From Nemertoderma westbladi (lineage: Eukaryota > Animalia > Xenacoelomorpha), in NCBI GenBank assembly GCA_032718475.1, contig JAUCBJ010001964.1:1-44915 (forward strand): DNA of 44,915 bases, in the 5' to 3' direction. Shown here piece after piece: positions 44,692 through 44,915 of this stretch. Numbering within the stretch: the stretch's first letter is position 1; each line of letters starts with the position of its first letter. The notes under the pieces are model-generated. The model was not told where the DNA came from and did no database searches. It was given only the letters and a program-made list of their open reading frames with translations. Made by a program: the position numbers and the translations under genes.

Positions 44692-44915
44692 CATCCAAAC
44701 TTATATTTCTTCAGATATTGTTTATGGTCTGAGCTGTTCTTTAACTCCGTATCAAAAGTAATTAATAAATCTGTATTTCCTCCCACAGGAAAATAATCAA
44801 CTTTATGTGTTCCAAAAATGGAAATATGAAAAAGATAGGGGATCAAAATTAATGAGGCCTACACAAAAATTGAAGCATTCACCTAATAAACTATATAACC
44901 AAGTAAATCAGATAC

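Overview
AT-rich eukaryotic (probably invertebrate animal) repeat-rich DNA with no recognisable host gene. It opens with a ~7 kb array of a 55-56 bp satellite, followed by several nested transposons whose target-site duplications (TSDs) can be read directly. The main content is two related BEL/Pao LTR retrotransposons in divergent orientation: 8510-19094 on the minus strand (3'-truncated) and 25569-37566 on the plus strand (complete, 1251-bp near-identical LTRs, AGCAC TSD). Each sits inside a different TTAA-targeting non-autonomous DNA transposon, one Kolobok-like and one piggyBac-like. Both copies share the same in-frame loss of reverse transcriptase and most of RNase H yet keep long open Gag-protease frames, so they appear to be a non-autonomous family mobilised in trans. 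Neither has a tRNA primer-binding site. Instead, the 11 nt directly after the 5' LTR are the exact complement of an 11-mer inside the LTR, resembling Tf1-type self-priming. The complete copy also carries an extra triple zinc-knuckle ORF with a basic tail, preceded by a long RNA hairpin, where env would normally be. Other content: a LINE ORF1-like pseudogene split by the Kolobok-like element, an RTE LINE fragment split by a solo LTR, a CRE-like LINE split by a CMC/EnSpm-type MITE, decayed CR1/L2-like fragments and a 23-bp minisatellite. Identities and copy numbers are by-eye estimates.
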